The position numbers and the translations under genes are program-made. The notes beneath the pieces were generated by a model. The model searched no databases, was not told the origin of the DNA, and saw only the letters and a list, made by a program, of their open reading frames with translations. A DNA stretch of 63,838 nt, counting the filler, from an uncultured Methanosarcinales archaeon (lineage in GTDB: Archaea > Nanobdellota > Nanobdellia > Woesearchaeales > UBA12501), in NCBI GenBank assembly GCA_964397315.1. It is 3 parts of 3 records of this genome, joined end to end, with 100 filler letters (N's around TTAATTAATTAA, not from the genome) between each part and the next. Parts side by side here need not be neighbours in the genome. Positions count along the whole stretch, not along the records: positions 27,302 to 58,857 come from CAYNHV010000018.1; 2 more parts are not named here. One strand, given 5' to 3'. Of the stretch, positions 28,460 through 39,013 are shown piece by piece (positions within the stretch are counted from its first letter, which is position 1; every line of letters starts with the position of its first letter).

Positions 28460-28950
28460 CCTGATTCCCCCCTGTTTCCTTTTTTGCCCGGACTAATGCC
28501 TGCTGTCAAAGGCTCGCTCAGGAACTCCTCCCTCTTGATGTCCTCAAGCACGTAGTAGCATTCCTTTGCCCTTATCCTGAACCTCTCAAGCTCTTCCATG
28601 AAATCATCAACCTCTTTCATGTTCCTGAAGAGTGCATCAACCATGAAATCATAGCCGTTGTTTATCCTGTAGAGCGAGTTTACCTGACCTTTCTTTTCAA
28701 GGAAATTCTGGAGCTGCTGCCTGTCCTGCTTGTGCACCCTCAGCACTATGTTGGCCCTCATGTCATATCCCAGCTCTGAGAAGTCAACCAGGGCAGTGTG
28801 CTTCCTTATCAGCGAGCCGCTGTATTTTCTCATCCTGTCAAATATCGTTGAGACAGGTATACCTGTGTGCTTGCTTATTCTTGTGAGATTCTGCCTCGCG
28901 TCCTTTCTCAGGTGGGAGAGTATGAGGATGTCGCTCTGCTCCATGGCCAT
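28438..28950 (-). CDS. Lrp/AsnC family transcriptional regulator
   Basis: ILSHLRKDARQNLTRISKHTGIPVSTIFDR HTH; LYRINNGYDFMV RAM domain. Confidence 0.9.
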   Translation of the reverse strand: MAMEQSDILILSHLRKDARQNLTRISKHTGIPVSTIFDRMRKYSGSLIRKHTALVDFSELGYDMRANIVLRVHKQDRQQLQNFLEKKGQVNSLYRINNGYDFMVDALFRNMKEVDDFMEELERFRIRAKECYYVLEDIKREEFLSEPLTAGISPGKKGNRGESGWGWQRR

Positions 28951-29079
28951 TATTCCGCCTCCGTCGCAATACATACAATCATTCCGGAAATATATACTTT
29001 TTGCACACAATGTGTATATTAGTGGTTACATGGTTATTTTACAGAAAAATATATATAATAGGAGAGCATCCTGCCTCTC

Positions 29080-30042
29080 ATGAAAAGAAAGGTTGTAAGG
29101 CACGGAACAAGCACTCTCACGGTCTCCCTGCCCTCAAAATGGGCCAGAAAGCTCGGAATAAAGCACGGAGACGAGATTGATGTTGAGGAGGAAGGGAGAA
29201 AGCTTGAGGTCAGCACAGAAAAAGACAAAGACAGGGCAAAAAAAGCCTTTCTGGACCTTAAGGACCTGAACCGGATGCTTCTGGACAGGTTCCTGAGTGA
29301 ATTCTACAGGGAGGGAGTTGAAGAGATAGTGATAAATTTTGAAAGCCCCCTCATTTATGATGACAAGAATGAGAAAGAGATTGATGCGAGGAAATACCTT
29401 AAAAGGATGATTGAAAGGTTCATAGGCATGGAGGTTATTTCAGCTTCCGAGAAGAGGGTTGTCCTGCAGAGTTTCCTGAAAGGAGAGGAAAGCCGCGAGG
29501 CTTCCAGGGTGCTGAAAAGGGTTTATTACCTCCTAAAGGAGTTTACTGATGAATTCATGGGGGCGATGGACCGCGATTTCGCTGAATTTCACAAGGCATC
29601 ATATGATTATCATGACAATGTTGTAAAGTTCATATCCTACTATCTCAGGCTTCTCTATCTATCGGACATGGAAGAGCCCAAAAAGATGAGGCTTACAGGA
29701 ATGATGACAGTTGTAGACAAGTCAGTTGACATCATAAGGCACTGCAGCGAGAGAATCGCTGAAATAAAGAAGCCGTCTCCTGCCATAAAGAAGAGGATGG
29801 GAGAAGTCTTTGAGACATTCCTCCAGATGTTTGATATTGTCATAAAAGAGAAGGCATCCCTTGAGGATCTCAGGAGGCTAACCCGCAGGAGATACATCCT
29901 CATTAAAGCAATACGCAGCGGAAACCTTCATGAAAAAGAGAGGCACGCCCTTCTGGAAGCAAAACCCCTCCTTGATGCCATAACAGAATTCTTTGAGGAT
30001 TACATTGCATTAAACATGAACAATTATGTCAGGGAGTTCTAG
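29080..30042 (+). CDS. AbrB/MazE-domain, PhoU-like archaeal regulator
   Basis: MKRKVVRHGTSTLTVSLPSKWARKLGIKHGDEI; FIGMEVI; helical C-terminus. Confidence 0.85.
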   Translation: MKRKVVRHGTSTLTVSLPSKWARKLGIKHGDEIDVEEEGRKLEVSTEKDKDRAKKAFLDLKDLNRMLLDRFLSEFYREGVEEIVINFESPLIYDDKNEKEIDARKYLKRMIERFIGMEVISASEKRVVLQSFLKGEESREASRVLKRVYYLLKEFTDEFMGAMDRDFAEFHKASYDYHDNVVKFISYYLRLLYLSDMEEPKKMRLTGMMTVVDKSVDIIRHCSERIAEIKKPSPAIKKRMGEVFETFLQMFDIVIKEKASLEDLRRLTRRRYILIKAIRSGNLHEKERHALLEAKPLLDAITEFFEDYIALNMNNYVREF

Positions 30043-32038
30043 GCTCAGAATGTTTCTCAAATTTATCCTTAACATAACTCATGACGTGCCTGCTTAACTG
30101 GGGCAAGCCTGCAGCCTCGCTCATCTTAAGAGCAGCTGTTATGTAATTCTGTGCTCCCTTGACATCTCCGTGAAACATGCTGCTTCCGCCATAGCCTATT
30201 GAATAGAAGATAAGATGAGGGGTGAAAGATTTCCTGAAGTCATCATATGATAGTGTCCTGCCTGAAGCATCCACCAGCCTGTTGAAATAAAGCTCAAAAA
30301 GATTCTTCCTGTTGATATCAAATGAGGGGTTTATCATGACTGAGGCTGTGTCAACAACAGGGTCTCCCATACAGCACCTTTCGTAGTCTATTATGGCACC
30401 GCCCTGCAGGCAGTTGACATCAGAGAAATCGCCGTGAAGGAAGAATTCCTCTCCAGTCCTGTTTTTTTCAATGATGTCCAGCATCATCTCAGTCAGCTCC
30501 TCGGAGATTTTGTTGTGGCCGAACCTGTTGAATATTCTCTTGTCCAGCTCTCCCCTGTAATCAAACCTTTCCAGGCTTACCCTGTAAAGCTCTCCCCCCT
30601 GCTCCACCTCAAAGCTGTTTTTTCCTTCTAATGCTCTTGTAACTGTTCCCTGCATGTCAGCAAGGCTTTCCATAACAATGCCGAATTCCTTCTCAAGCTG
30701 AGGATTATCATATCCAAGAGAAGCTGCAAGCTCTCTCATGTTCCTCTTCCCCTCTGCTTTTGTGATGAGATAGATGTTTGCGTCCTGATGCGTGAAGAAC
30801 GCCATCGGAGCTTCAATCCTTGATTTCGGATTGTCCTCCTTAAGAGTGTCTGAGACAAACTGTTTTGTGGCGAACTCCTTCCTGAGCCTCTCAAGCTCTT
30901 CCTCCCTGTTTTTCTCATTGTCATTGCATTTGATGTAGAACATCTTCTCTGCAATCGGGCTTGAGATGTCCACTCTCACAGGATTGGATGAGCTTCCATA
31001 TGGTCTGAGGGTCTCCACGAAGTCAGGGTTGCTCTTCATGAGGTCTATGATTCTTGAGTAATGCTCCTCAGAGGTATCATCTCCAACAAAATCAAAAAGA
31101 AGGGCGAGGATATGGTTCATCTCTGTGAAATCAGGGTTCTGGTTGAGGAAAGTTTCCAGTTCCCTTCTTATTTCATTTATATCACCAATGCTGTTGAAAG
31201 TTTCTTTCATGCCCCTACATATTGTGGCTATTTCCCTTTCAGATTCATTTTGGCTTTGGAAACCATGTAGTGGGGTGTGGAGGCTCAACAATCCCTCAAG
31301 AGAAGGTAATCGTCCCACACTGCTTGTTTTATCAGAGTGCATGAAGGAATGTAGGGACAAGGACTTTAGATAGTTATCAAGCGCAAGAGGTTTAAGGCCT
31401 TGAGCCTGATAGAGATCCCCTAATTCACAATAAGGGAGAAAGTAGTCAGGGCATAGCTCAAGGCTATGTAATAAATTCTCTTCAGCTTCTTCATAATCAC
31501 CTTTAATACGAAAAACAGAGCCTATATAGCAATATGAAAAAAAGTTTGAAGGATTGTTCTCAACATCCTTTTTAAATTCTTCCATGGCTTCGTCAGTTCT
31601 TTTCAGGACATAGAGTGACAGCCCCTTGTTAAAGTGACCTGTCTTTGTTTCAGGAGAAAACTTTATTACTTTGTCAAAAAACTTAAGGGAATCCCCATAA
31701 TAACCGAGTAGCGACAGTAAACTTCCATACTCATTATAAATATTATGCAATCCCTTTATATCTAACTCTTTATATTGTTTTCCTGACTCTGCATAAGACT
31801 CTTCTACACGCTCAGCATATGACACCATAATTTCAAAATAAGGGATGGCTTCCTTATACTTCCCCTCATCCTTAAGCTGGAAGCCTTCATTTATAATCTC
31901 CTTGATATCATGATCTAAAAAGTCAAGGTTTGAAGAGGAAGGATTTAGGAATTTAGGGATTCCCGTATTTGTAGCAAAACTATTACAGATATTCTCATTC
32001 CATGTACTGCTGGAATTATCATTCTCAACCATAATCAA
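30029..32038 (-). CDS. TPR-repeat protein with a C-terminal APH/choline-kinase-like phosphotransferase domain
   Basis: TPR helices (GHFNKGLSLYVLKRTDEAMEEF; YCYIGSVFRIKGDYEEA); LHGDFSDVN and IIDYE motifs. Confidence 0.8.
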   Translation of the reverse strand: MIMVENDNSSSTWNENICNSFATNTGIPKFLNPSSSNLDFLDHDIKEIINEGFQLKDEGKYKEAIPYFEIMVSYAERVEESYAESGKQYKELDIKGLHNIYNEYGSLLSLLGYYGDSLKFFDKVIKFSPETKTGHFNKGLSLYVLKRTDEAMEEFKKDVENNPSNFFSYCYIGSVFRIKGDYEEAEENLLHSLELCPDYFLPYCELGDLYQAQGLKPLALDNYLKSLSLHSFMHSDKTSSVGRLPSLEGLLSLHTPLHGFQSQNESEREIATICRGMKETFNSIGDINEIRRELETFLNQNPDFTEMNHILALLFDFVGDDTSEEHYSRIIDLMKSNPDFVETLRPYGSSSNPVRVDISSPIAEKMFYIKCNDNEKNREEELERLRKEFATKQFVSDTLKEDNPKSRIEAPMAFFTHQDANIYLITKAEGKRNMRELAASLGYDNPQLEKEFGIVMESLADMQGTVTRALEGKNSFEVEQGGELYRVSLERFDYRGELDKRIFNRFGHNKISEELTEMMLDIIEKNRTGEEFFLHGDFSDVNCLQGGAIIDYERCCMGDPVVDTASVMINPSFDINRKNLFELYFNRLVDASGRTLSYDDFRKSFTPHLIFYSIGYGGSSMFHGDVKGAQNYITAALKMSEAAGLPQLSRHVMSYVKDKFEKHSEPRTP

Positions 32039-32106
32039 CCCTCATACCCCCACATAGTAGTAAATCATATATAAATCTTTCTCTCTCCTGCGCAAAAGAA
32101 ATATAA

Positions 32107-33207
32107 ATGATGGGAGATAATGCAGCTCTCATGGCCTCAGTCTTCGGATACAACCTCTCAGAGCTGAACAATTATGCCTTTGCAGGCAACACCCTGCAGG
32201 AATACATAATAGCAGTGCTTGTCCTTGCAGGCATAATAATATTTCTCAGGCTCTTCCAGGCTGTTGTGTTAAGAAAGCTCAGGAAACTCTCCCTAAAGAC
32301 AAAAACAAACATTGACGACCTCTTCATAGGCATGCTGCAAAGCCTGGGATGGCCGCTCTACTTCGTAGCAGCGCTTTACATAGTTCTGCAGTTCATGAGC
32401 GCCCCTCCAGGGCTGGACACCTTCATGCTTTACGCCCTGATGGTGATAGCTGTCTTCTACACGGCAAGGATTGCGAACAGCATAATAAAATACAGCGCGG
32501 ACAGGATTGCAGAGAAGAGGGCTAAGGAGGAGAAAGACACTGACAGGTCTGTGATAGACATTCTCACAAGGATAGCAAAAGGCATTGTCTGGGCAGTAGC
32601 CCTGCTGGTGTTGATGCAGAATTTCGGGTTTGACATAACAGCCCTTGTGGCAGGCCTCGGAGTGGGAGGAATCGCAATAGCCTTTGCCCTCCAGAACATA
32701 CTGGGAGACATATTCTCCTCATTCTCCATATTCTTTGACAAGCCCTTCAAGGCGGGTGATTTCATAATAATAGGCAATGACATGGGGACTGTCAAGAAGA
32801 TAGGCATAAAGTCAACAAGGATTGACACGCTTCAGGGGCAGGAGCTTGTTGTCTCCAACAGAGAGCTCACAGAGACAAGAGTGCATAATTATGGGAAGAT
32901 GCAGAAAAGAAGGGTCCTGTTTACCTTCGGCATCACGTATGATACTCCTGTGAGCAAGATGAAGAAGATACCGAAAATAGTTGAGAATGCTGTAAAAAGC
33001 CAGAAGGATGCTGAGTTTGACAGGGCCCACTTCAAGGAATTCGGCGAGTCAGGCCTCAATTATGAGGCTGTTTATTACATCCTCTCAGCAGATTATAACA
33101 GGTATATGGACATCCACCAGGAGATAAACCTGGGAATCAAGGAGAAGCTTGAGAAGGAGAAGATAGAGATGGCCTTCCCCACAAGGACAGTCTACCTAAA
33201 GAAATAG
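32107..33207 (+). CDS. mscS: Small-conductance mechanosensitive channel
   Basis: AGLGVGGIAIAFALQNILGD, DKPFKAGDFI, IGIKST, AFPTRTV. Confidence 0.95.
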   Translation: MMGDNAALMASVFGYNLSELNNYAFAGNTLQEYIIAVLVLAGIIIFLRLFQAVVLRKLRKLSLKTKTNIDDLFIGMLQSLGWPLYFVAALYIVLQFMSAPPGLDTFMLYALMVIAVFYTARIANSIIKYSADRIAEKRAKEEKDTDRSVIDILTRIAKGIVWAVALLVLMQNFGFDITALVAGLGVGGIAIAFALQNILGDIFSSFSIFFDKPFKAGDFIIIGNDMGTVKKIGIKSTRIDTLQGQELVVSNRELTETRVHNYGKMQKRRVLFTFGITYDTPVSKMKKIPKIVENAVKSQKDAEFDRAHFKEFGESGLNYEAVYYILSADYNRYMDIHQEINLGIKEKLEKEKIEMAFPTRTVYLKK

Positions 33208-33237
33208 ACAGGGTAACAAGGCGGAAAAAAGAGTGAA

Positions 33238-33978
33238 TTGATGGAGATCACAGTGATAGCGTCAGGCAGCAACGGCAACTGCTGCCTTGTTGAAGAGAAA
33301 GACCTTTCTATTCTGATTGATGCCGGCAAGTCAGGCAGAGAGATAGAGTCAAGGCTGAACTCAGTCGGAAAGAGCATGGAGAACATAGACTGTATGCTCA
33401 TAACCCACTCCCACAACGACCATGTTGGAGGGGCCGGAGTCCTGTCAAGAAGGTTCAGTATCCCCATGTACATCACAAAGCAGGCCATGAGCGAGGCAGC
33501 CGGGAGGATAGGCAGGGCTGACACAAAGCATTACACTGCCGCGAGATTCAGGATAAAAGGTGTTGAGGTAACGCCTGTTGCAACATCCCACAGCGTAAGC
33601 TCATGCGGCTTCATCATAGGAAAATTCGGCATCTTCACAGACACAGGCTGCGTGACAAGCCGGATCAGAGCTGCAATGCCAAAGCTGAAAACAGCCCTGA
33701 TTGAGTCAAACCATGACATCGGGATGGTGGAAACGGGCCCATACCCCTATTTCCTGAAGAAGTGGATACTCTCTGACAGCGGCCACCTGAGCAATGAGGC
33801 TGCAGCAGGGCTTGTGAAGGAGCGGGGCAATAACCTTTCGCAGGTGCTTCTGGGCCACCTGTCAGGCAACAACAACACTCCGGAGAAGGCAAGAGAGGCG
33901 TTTGAAACATCTGCCAGAAGAAAGATTGACGTTCAGGTCTGCTCCAGGGAGAAGTGCAGCGGAGTTTGGAGCGTGTGA
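33238..33978 (+). CDS. MBL-fold metallo-hydrolase (YycJ/WalJ-like)
   Basis: ASGSNGN, THSHNDH, TDTG, ESNHD, GHLSN, GHLS..NN. Confidence 0.9.
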   Translation: MMEITVIASGSNGNCCLVEEKDLSILIDAGKSGREIESRLNSVGKSMENIDCMLITHSHNDHVGGAGVLSRRFSIPMYITKQAMSEAAGRIGRADTKHYTAARFRIKGVEVTPVATSHSVSSCGFIIGKFGIFTDTGCVTSRIRAAMPKLKTALIESNHDIGMVETGPYPYFLKKWILSDSGHLSNEAAAGLVKERGNNLSQVLLGHLSGNNNTPEKAREAFETSARRKIDVQVCSREKCSGVWSV

Positions 33979-33994
33979 GCAGAAGCTACGCTCT

Positions 33995-34726
33995 TTATCT
34001 GCTTGCAACCCATACCATCTGCTGCTTTGAGGATCTGAGCTTCTGTTTTCTGAATCCGCCGTAGACTTTCCATCTGCTGAATCCAGCCTTGCTCAGAAGC
34101 AGCTCGAATTCCTTCTTGTATATGAGGGATATGGTGAATGTGTCCTTCCATATTTTCCTGCCGCCTTTCTTCAGCATAACCATTGTCTCCACTATCTGCT
34201 CAGGCTCGTCAGCAAAACAGGATTTTTTCACGAGAGTGTAAGTGGCTCCGTCTTTTCTTATGCTCTCCCTGAGCTCCTTTCCATACTTGTTCGCTATAAT
34301 GTCCGGTGAGGGGAGGAAGAAGTCCATCACCAGCCTTCCGCCGGGAGCGAGGTGCCTCCTGATGTTCTTCAACGCCCTCAACTGCTCCGCTGTGGTGAGA
34401 TTATGGAGGAATGAGTTGAAGGGGACTATTATTAGCGAGAACTTCTGGCCCAGCCTGAAGCTCTTCATGTCAGCCTTCCTAAGGTTGGGCTTGAGACCTT
34501 TTTTCCTGGCTTTCTTCCTCAGGGCCCTGAGCATCCCGCCTGAGATGTCAATCCCGTAAGCGTCAATGCCCTTCTCCAGCATCTTCAGGTAGATCCTGCC
34601 AGTGCCGCAGGCCAGCTCAAGAACTTTCCCTTTCGCCTTCCCGGCCTCCTTAACATAGAATGGTATGTCCCTCTTGTAGCTGCCGTAGATTATGTCATAG
34701 ACTTCCGCCCATCTGTCGTAATTCAT
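33995..34726 (-). CDS. Class I SAM-dependent methyltransferase
   Basis: VLELACGTGRI, GIDIS, ADM, HLAPGGRLVMD. Confidence 0.92.
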   Translation of the reverse strand: MNYDRWAEVYDIIYGSYKRDIPFYVKEAGKAKGKVLELACGTGRIYLKMLEKGIDAYGIDISGGMLRALRKKARKKGLKPNLRKADMKSFRLGQKFSLIIVPFNSFLHNLTTAEQLRALKNIRRHLAPGGRLVMDFFLPSPDIIANKYGKELRESIRKDGATYTLVKKSCFADEPEQIVETMVMLKKGGRKIWKDTFTISLIYKKEFELLLSKAGFSRWKVYGGFRKQKLRSSKQQMVWVASR

Positions 34727-34793
34727 GATGTTACAGAACCGCGCCTTCTTTTTAAATATTCTGGTGAACACAGCATCCCTGCCAGCAATGGCG

Positions 34794-35984
34794 CTACCGG
34801 GGCAATGGGCGGCCTTCCTTCCTCAGGAACATGAATATCACAGGCACAACAAGCATCATTGCAGCGCTTATCATGAAAGCTGTGTTTATTGTATAAAGCT
34901 CAGCCAGGTAACCAACAAACGGAGTGAATATCGCCATGCCAAGCTGTCCGAGAAAGCTGTTCATTGAGACTATTGTGGCCCTGTTCCTTGAGCTTACCTC
35001 AGCATTAAGAAGGTGGTCTATTATTGGGTTCCTCAGGCCGAAAAAAAAGGAGGCGATGACAAAAGGGACTATGGCTGCAAGACCGGCCAGGGTTGTGGAG
35101 ATCATGAGCAGTATCGGCGAGGCAATGACTGCGATAACCAGTGTCCTCTTGTTGCCCATGCTTTCTGAGATGCTGTCAGCTGTGTAATGGCCTAATGATG
35201 AGAGCAGGTGTATAAAAGCGGTTATCCAGCCGAACCATACTATAGGGATGAGTTTGAACCTGAAGTAGAGGGGGCCAAGATGGTGTATTGCTTCTCCGAA
35301 GGCCATGAGCACAAAGCCTCCCGCTAACAGGAGTATCAGCTGCTTGTTGCGGATTATAATCCCTGACGAGAGATGCATGTGTTTCAGGATGTTACTGTGT
35401 TCCTCTTTCTCATATTCAGGCTCCTTCAGCATTAGCGTAAGGACGAATGCAGCTGCAAGAGGGATAAGGCTCAGCCCCACAGGGAATGATAATGAGACCT
35501 CAGCAAGATATCCCCCTGCTATAGAGCCTATTGCAGCGCCCAGAGGCCACAGGGCGTAGAATGTGCCTATCACCTTCTTGTAATGCCCCTCCTTATTCTC
35601 TTCCTTCAGTGAGTCATACAGGAATGCATTGTACGTTCCGCTTGCCAGGGCTCTTGCAAGCGAGTTCAGTATCGCGTAAATGGAGAACATGAGCATGCTG
35701 CCGCCTATGTAAAGGAATAATACAGCAAAGAGTACCACAAGGTTTGCCAGAACAAGCGTTCTTTTCCTGCCGAACAGGTCTGCTATGGCTCCTGTGGGAA
35801 CCTCAAAAAGCACAAGCGCGACAGCTTCAATAGAGAATATCAAAGCGACATTCGTTGCAGTGAAAAGGGACTGCTCATAATACAGCGCCAGGATGGGCAG
35901 GAAGAACAGCATGCCGCCTGTTATAACCGAGGCGTAAACCAGCATTACGTTCCTTGACCTGAGGCCCAGCTTGTTGAGATTCAT
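34794..35984 (-). CDS. MFS transporter
   Basis: FEVPTGAIADLFGRKRTL motif A; ~12 TMs. Confidence 0.92.
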   Translation of the reverse strand: MNLNKLGLRSRNVMLVYASVITGGMLFFLPILALYYEQSLFTATNVALIFSIEAVALVLFEVPTGAIADLFGRKRTLVLANLVVLFAVLFLYIGGSMLMFSIYAILNSLARALASGTYNAFLYDSLKEENKEGHYKKVIGTFYALWPLGAAIGSIAGGYLAEVSLSFPVGLSLIPLAAAFVLTLMLKEPEYEKEEHSNILKHMHLSSGIIIRNKQLILLLAGGFVLMAFGEAIHHLGPLYFRFKLIPIVWFGWITAFIHLLSSLGHYTADSISESMGNKRTLVIAVIASPILLMISTTLAGLAAIVPFVIASFFFGLRNPIIDHLLNAEVSSRNRATIVSMNSFLGQLGMAIFTPFVGYLAELYTINTAFMISAAMMLVVPVIFMFLRKEGRPLPR

Positions 35985-36039
35985 TGCAGGCCGAAGAAAT
36001 TAGATGGGTTTTTAAATCTGTTGAAAAATACATGGAGCT

Positions 36040-37749
36040 TCATTCACCCAGAAATCTCTTCAGTTTTGAAAGAGTATAAGTGTTTATCACATCCTTCTTC
36101 TCAAGCCATGCCCTTCTTGCCTGGCCCAGCCCGTACCTCATGTTCTCCATGCCTGATGCTGAGTGCGCGTCTGTTCCAATGCTGAACTTCAGCTTGTATT
36201 CTTTCGCCCTCATTATCATCGCGTCATTGAGGTCAAGCCTTTCAGGATCAGAGTTTATCTCCATGACAATGCCATTGTCTTTTGCTGACTGGAAAAGCTT
36301 TTCTGTGTTCACGTTGTATCCTTTTCTCTTTCCGAGCATCCTGCCTGTGGGGTGGGCGAATATGCTGATGCTGCTGTTCTCAAATGCTTTTGTTACCCTC
36401 TCTGTCATCTCTTTTTCTGGGGCCTTGAATCCTGAATGGACTGCACCCAGCACAATGTCAAGCTGCCTGAGTATGCTGTCAGGGTAGTCAAGGCTTCCGT
36501 CCTTGAGAATGTCAACCTCTGCGCCTTTCAGGATTCTTATTCTTGTTTTCTTCTGCGCCTTCTCAACATTCTGCCACTGCTCTTTGAGCTTTTTCACGCT
36601 CATGCCGTTGGCTATCCTCTGGGATTTTGAATGGTCTGTTATGGCGATGTAATCATAACCGAGCTTCTCAGCCTTTTCTGCCATTTCCAGGAGGGTGTTG
36701 TCTCCGTCAGAGTATGTGGAGTGCATCTGGAGGTCTCCCCTGATGTCTTTCATTGCGAGCAGTCCTGGCAGCCTGTTTTTCTTTGCAGCCTCAATCTCGC
36801 CCCTGTTCTCCCTCAGCTCAGGAGGTATCCAGCTCATGCCGAGCTTCTTATAGATTCCCTCTTCTGTTTTTCCTGCGAGCTTTTTGTTTGTGCTGCTGTA
36901 GAGCCCGTATTCCGAGAGCTTGTACCCCTTGCTGATGGCTGTCTTCCTGAGAGCTATGTTGTGGTCTTTTGAGCCTGTGAAGTACTGCATTGCAGCCCCG
37001 TAGCTGTCTCTGGACAGAACCCTCAGGTCAACATGGACTCCCCCTTTCAGGATGACTGTGCTTTTTGTGCTGCCCTTCAGCAGAACGCGGTCAATGTCAG
37101 GCATTTTGGTGAAGGCCTTCATCATACTTTCAGGATTTTTTGCAACAGCGAGTATGTCAATATCCCCTATGGTCTCCTTCCATCTCCTGAGGGAGCCGGC
37201 GTAGTCAATCCTGTCAGCTTGTTTTCTTATCCTTGAGATTATCTCCTCTGCAGTCTCCATGGCCCGCCCGATGAGCATTCTTTTCTTGCTCTGCTCGTGC
37301 TGCTCTATTGACTCAAGAATGTTCTCCTCTGTTTTCTTCCCAAAGCCTTCAAGGTCTCTCAGCTTGTGCTGCTTTACAGCTCTCTTGAGGTCTTTGACAC
37401 TGCTTATGCCCAGCTTGTCATGCAGCTCCTTCACCTTTTTCGGGCCCATGCCCTCAATGTCAACAAGCTCGTGAGTTCCTTTCGGAGCCTGCTTCCTCAG
37501 CTTTTCCCATTTCTTCACCCTGCCTGTCCTTAAGTATTCCTCTATGTGCTCTGCAATGCTCTTTCCCACTCCAGGAATATCCTCAAGGCCCTTCTTTCCC
37601 CTCTTTTTGTGGATGTCCTCAACACTCCCGCTCAGGCCCTCAATACCTCTTGCCGCCTTCCTGTAGGCCTGAGGCTTCCACTCCACCTCCTGGAACTCAA
37701 GAATGTCAGCAACCTCATACAAAAGCCCTGCTATTTCGCGGTTTAGCAT
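36040..37749 (-). CDS. polX: DNA polymerase X / PHP 3'-5' exonuclease
   Basis: AYRKAA, HhH repeats, AGSLRR..ETIGDIDIL, VDLR, YFTGSK, PPELRE; PHP motifs ITDHS, AHPTGR, TDAH. Confidence 0.96.
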   Translation of the reverse strand: MLNREIAGLLYEVADILEFQEVEWKPQAYRKAARGIEGLSGSVEDIHKKRGKKGLEDIPGVGKSIAEHIEEYLRTGRVKKWEKLRKQAPKGTHELVDIEGMGPKKVKELHDKLGISSVKDLKRAVKQHKLRDLEGFGKKTEENILESIEQHEQSKKRMLIGRAMETAEEIISRIRKQADRIDYAGSLRRWKETIGDIDILAVAKNPESMMKAFTKMPDIDRVLLKGSTKSTVILKGGVHVDLRVLSRDSYGAAMQYFTGSKDHNIALRKTAISKGYKLSEYGLYSSTNKKLAGKTEEGIYKKLGMSWIPPELRENRGEIEAAKKNRLPGLLAMKDIRGDLQMHSTYSDGDNTLLEMAEKAEKLGYDYIAITDHSKSQRIANGMSVKKLKEQWQNVEKAQKKTRIRILKGAEVDILKDGSLDYPDSILRQLDIVLGAVHSGFKAPEKEMTERVTKAFENSSISIFAHPTGRMLGKRKGYNVNTEKLFQSAKDNGIVMEINSDPERLDLNDAMIMRAKEYKLKFSIGTDAHSASGMENMRYGLGQARRAWLEKKDVINTYTLSKLKRFLGE

Positions 37750-37789
37750 AGGGGGATGAGTGTTCTGGTTGTTTTTAAAGGTTTGGTGG

Positions 37790-38128
37790 TCATGTCTTTG
37801 CAGAGAGCATCCTGACATCTATATTGCCTTCAACATAAGGGACCTTGTTTGCCTCCCTCCTTTTGAGCTTTACAATGCTGAATCCCTCAAGATACTTCAG
37901 GTCGCGGTGCACTGCCTCAAATCTCCTTCCCAGCTTTCTTGCAAGATCGCTTATGCTCTCCACCCTGTTATGGCTGATATACTCAAGAAGCCTTATCCTC
38001 TCGGGAGTGAAGACTCTGCAGAATATGTCATGGGTCATGAAAATCACATGCCTGCGCCTGTCCCTGGCCATCTTTTCCTGAGTGACATTGACCTTGTTTA
38101 TATCCTTAACAATCTCAATATTAACCAT
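37790..38128 (-). CDS. HTH antitoxin-like protein (HVO_A0114-like)
   Basis: FTPERIRLLEYI...SISDLARKLGR.FEAVHRDLKYLE; overlaps the upstream toxin-like gene. Confidence 0.8.
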   Translation of the reverse strand: MVNIEIVKDINKVNVTQEKMARDRRRHVIFMTHDIFCRVFTPERIRLLEYISHNRVESISDLARKLGRRFEAVHRDLKYLEGFSIVKLKRREANKVPYVEGNIDVRMLSAKT

Positions 38129-38390
38129 TCTTGATTTCCTCCATTATCCTGTTTCCTATGTTTATGACAGTTGTTTCAGCTTCCTTGAAAGTTAATTCCT
38201 TGAACTCAACCCTTTTGTCATCATGCCTGTGGATATGCGAGCCCTGCTTTCCTTTATGAGGGTAATTGTCTATTCTTGCCATGCATTCCCATCTGCCTGT
38301 GTAAAAGATGTATGATACAGACCATTTAAGTGCGTCGAGCTTGAATACAAGCCTGGTGTCCTGGTCAAGTATCTTTTCCCAGGTTCTCAT
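38121..38390 (-). CDS. DUF6516/TumE-like toxin
   Basis: RIDNYPH...HIH motif, paired with the HTH gene; ATG at 38390 after a TATA box. Confidence 0.65.
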   Translation of the reverse strand: MRTWEKILDQDTRLVFKLDALKWSVSYIFYTGRWECMARIDNYPHKGKQGSHIHRHDDKRVEFKELTFKEAETTVINIGNRIMEEIKNG

Positions 38391-38481
38391 TCTATAACGC
38401 CAAAGGTTATAGATATAATCTTTTAGGTTATACCTATTATATAAATATTTTGTTTTTTGTTGTTTAAATACACCACGCCGC

Positions 38482-38527
38482 AATGTCCAGTGGCTTGTGA
38501 GAAGTTTCCGGATAGGGCGGAGAAGCA
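38482..38527 (-). repeat. Intergenic repeat family C, copy 1 (attC-like)
   Basis: CTCCGCCCTATCCGGAAACTTCTCACAAGCCACTGGACATT, similar to 40463-40510. Confidence 0.6.
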
Positions 38528-38857
38528 TCAGTGATATTTTCTTTTGTATTCTGAATACAACTCAAACAATTCATTTTCCATCTGTTTATTAAGTTCTTTT
38601 GCATTCTTTATATCTCTCTTAGCATTGGGCAATGTTTTAACCCAGAAAGGCACGAGGATTATAATAAAAATTACCCCTGCTATCACAGAATAGTTATTAA
38701 AGCCTGTAATGCTGTAAATAAGCGAGTATACAGCAACCATAAATGCAGTTATAGATAAAAGTGTTGTGAGTAAGAATTTAGAGTTATTAATCAGAAACTC
38801 TCTGCTAGACTGGTCAAACTGTATCATAAATTGCCTATCTTGTTTTGTTCTTTTCAT
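38528..38857 (-). CDS. Small two-TM membrane protein
   Basis: 109-aa AT-rich ORF with two hydrophobic segments. Confidence 0.7.
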   Translation of the reverse strand: MKRTKQDRQFMIQFDQSSREFLINNSKFLLTTLLSITAFMVAVYSLIYSITGFNNYSVIAGVIFIIILVPFWVKTLPNAKRDIKNAKELNKQMENELFELYSEYKRKYH

Positions 38858-38864
38858 TCTTTTT

Positions 38865-39000
38865 AGGCAAGGAAACTTTGGGCTTTTAGCCCAAAGAGGA
38901 ATTGCCTTGCTTTCCCCCGTTAGTTTTTTCTACCATTTTTGATTACATCTGCAACCAAGATGCAACGGGAAACTGAAACCTTTAGGTTTCGGAGGAGGCC
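38865..39000. mobile_element. IS200/IS605-end-like hairpin remnants (PATE-like)
   Basis: AGGCAA..CTTTGGGCT TTT AGCCCAAAG AGGAATTGCCT and CTGAAACC TTTA GGTTTCGG AGGAGG; shares the GGAATTGC and CCTTTAGG core with family A. Confidence 0.55.
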
Positions 39001-39013
39001 ATATTTATTATAA

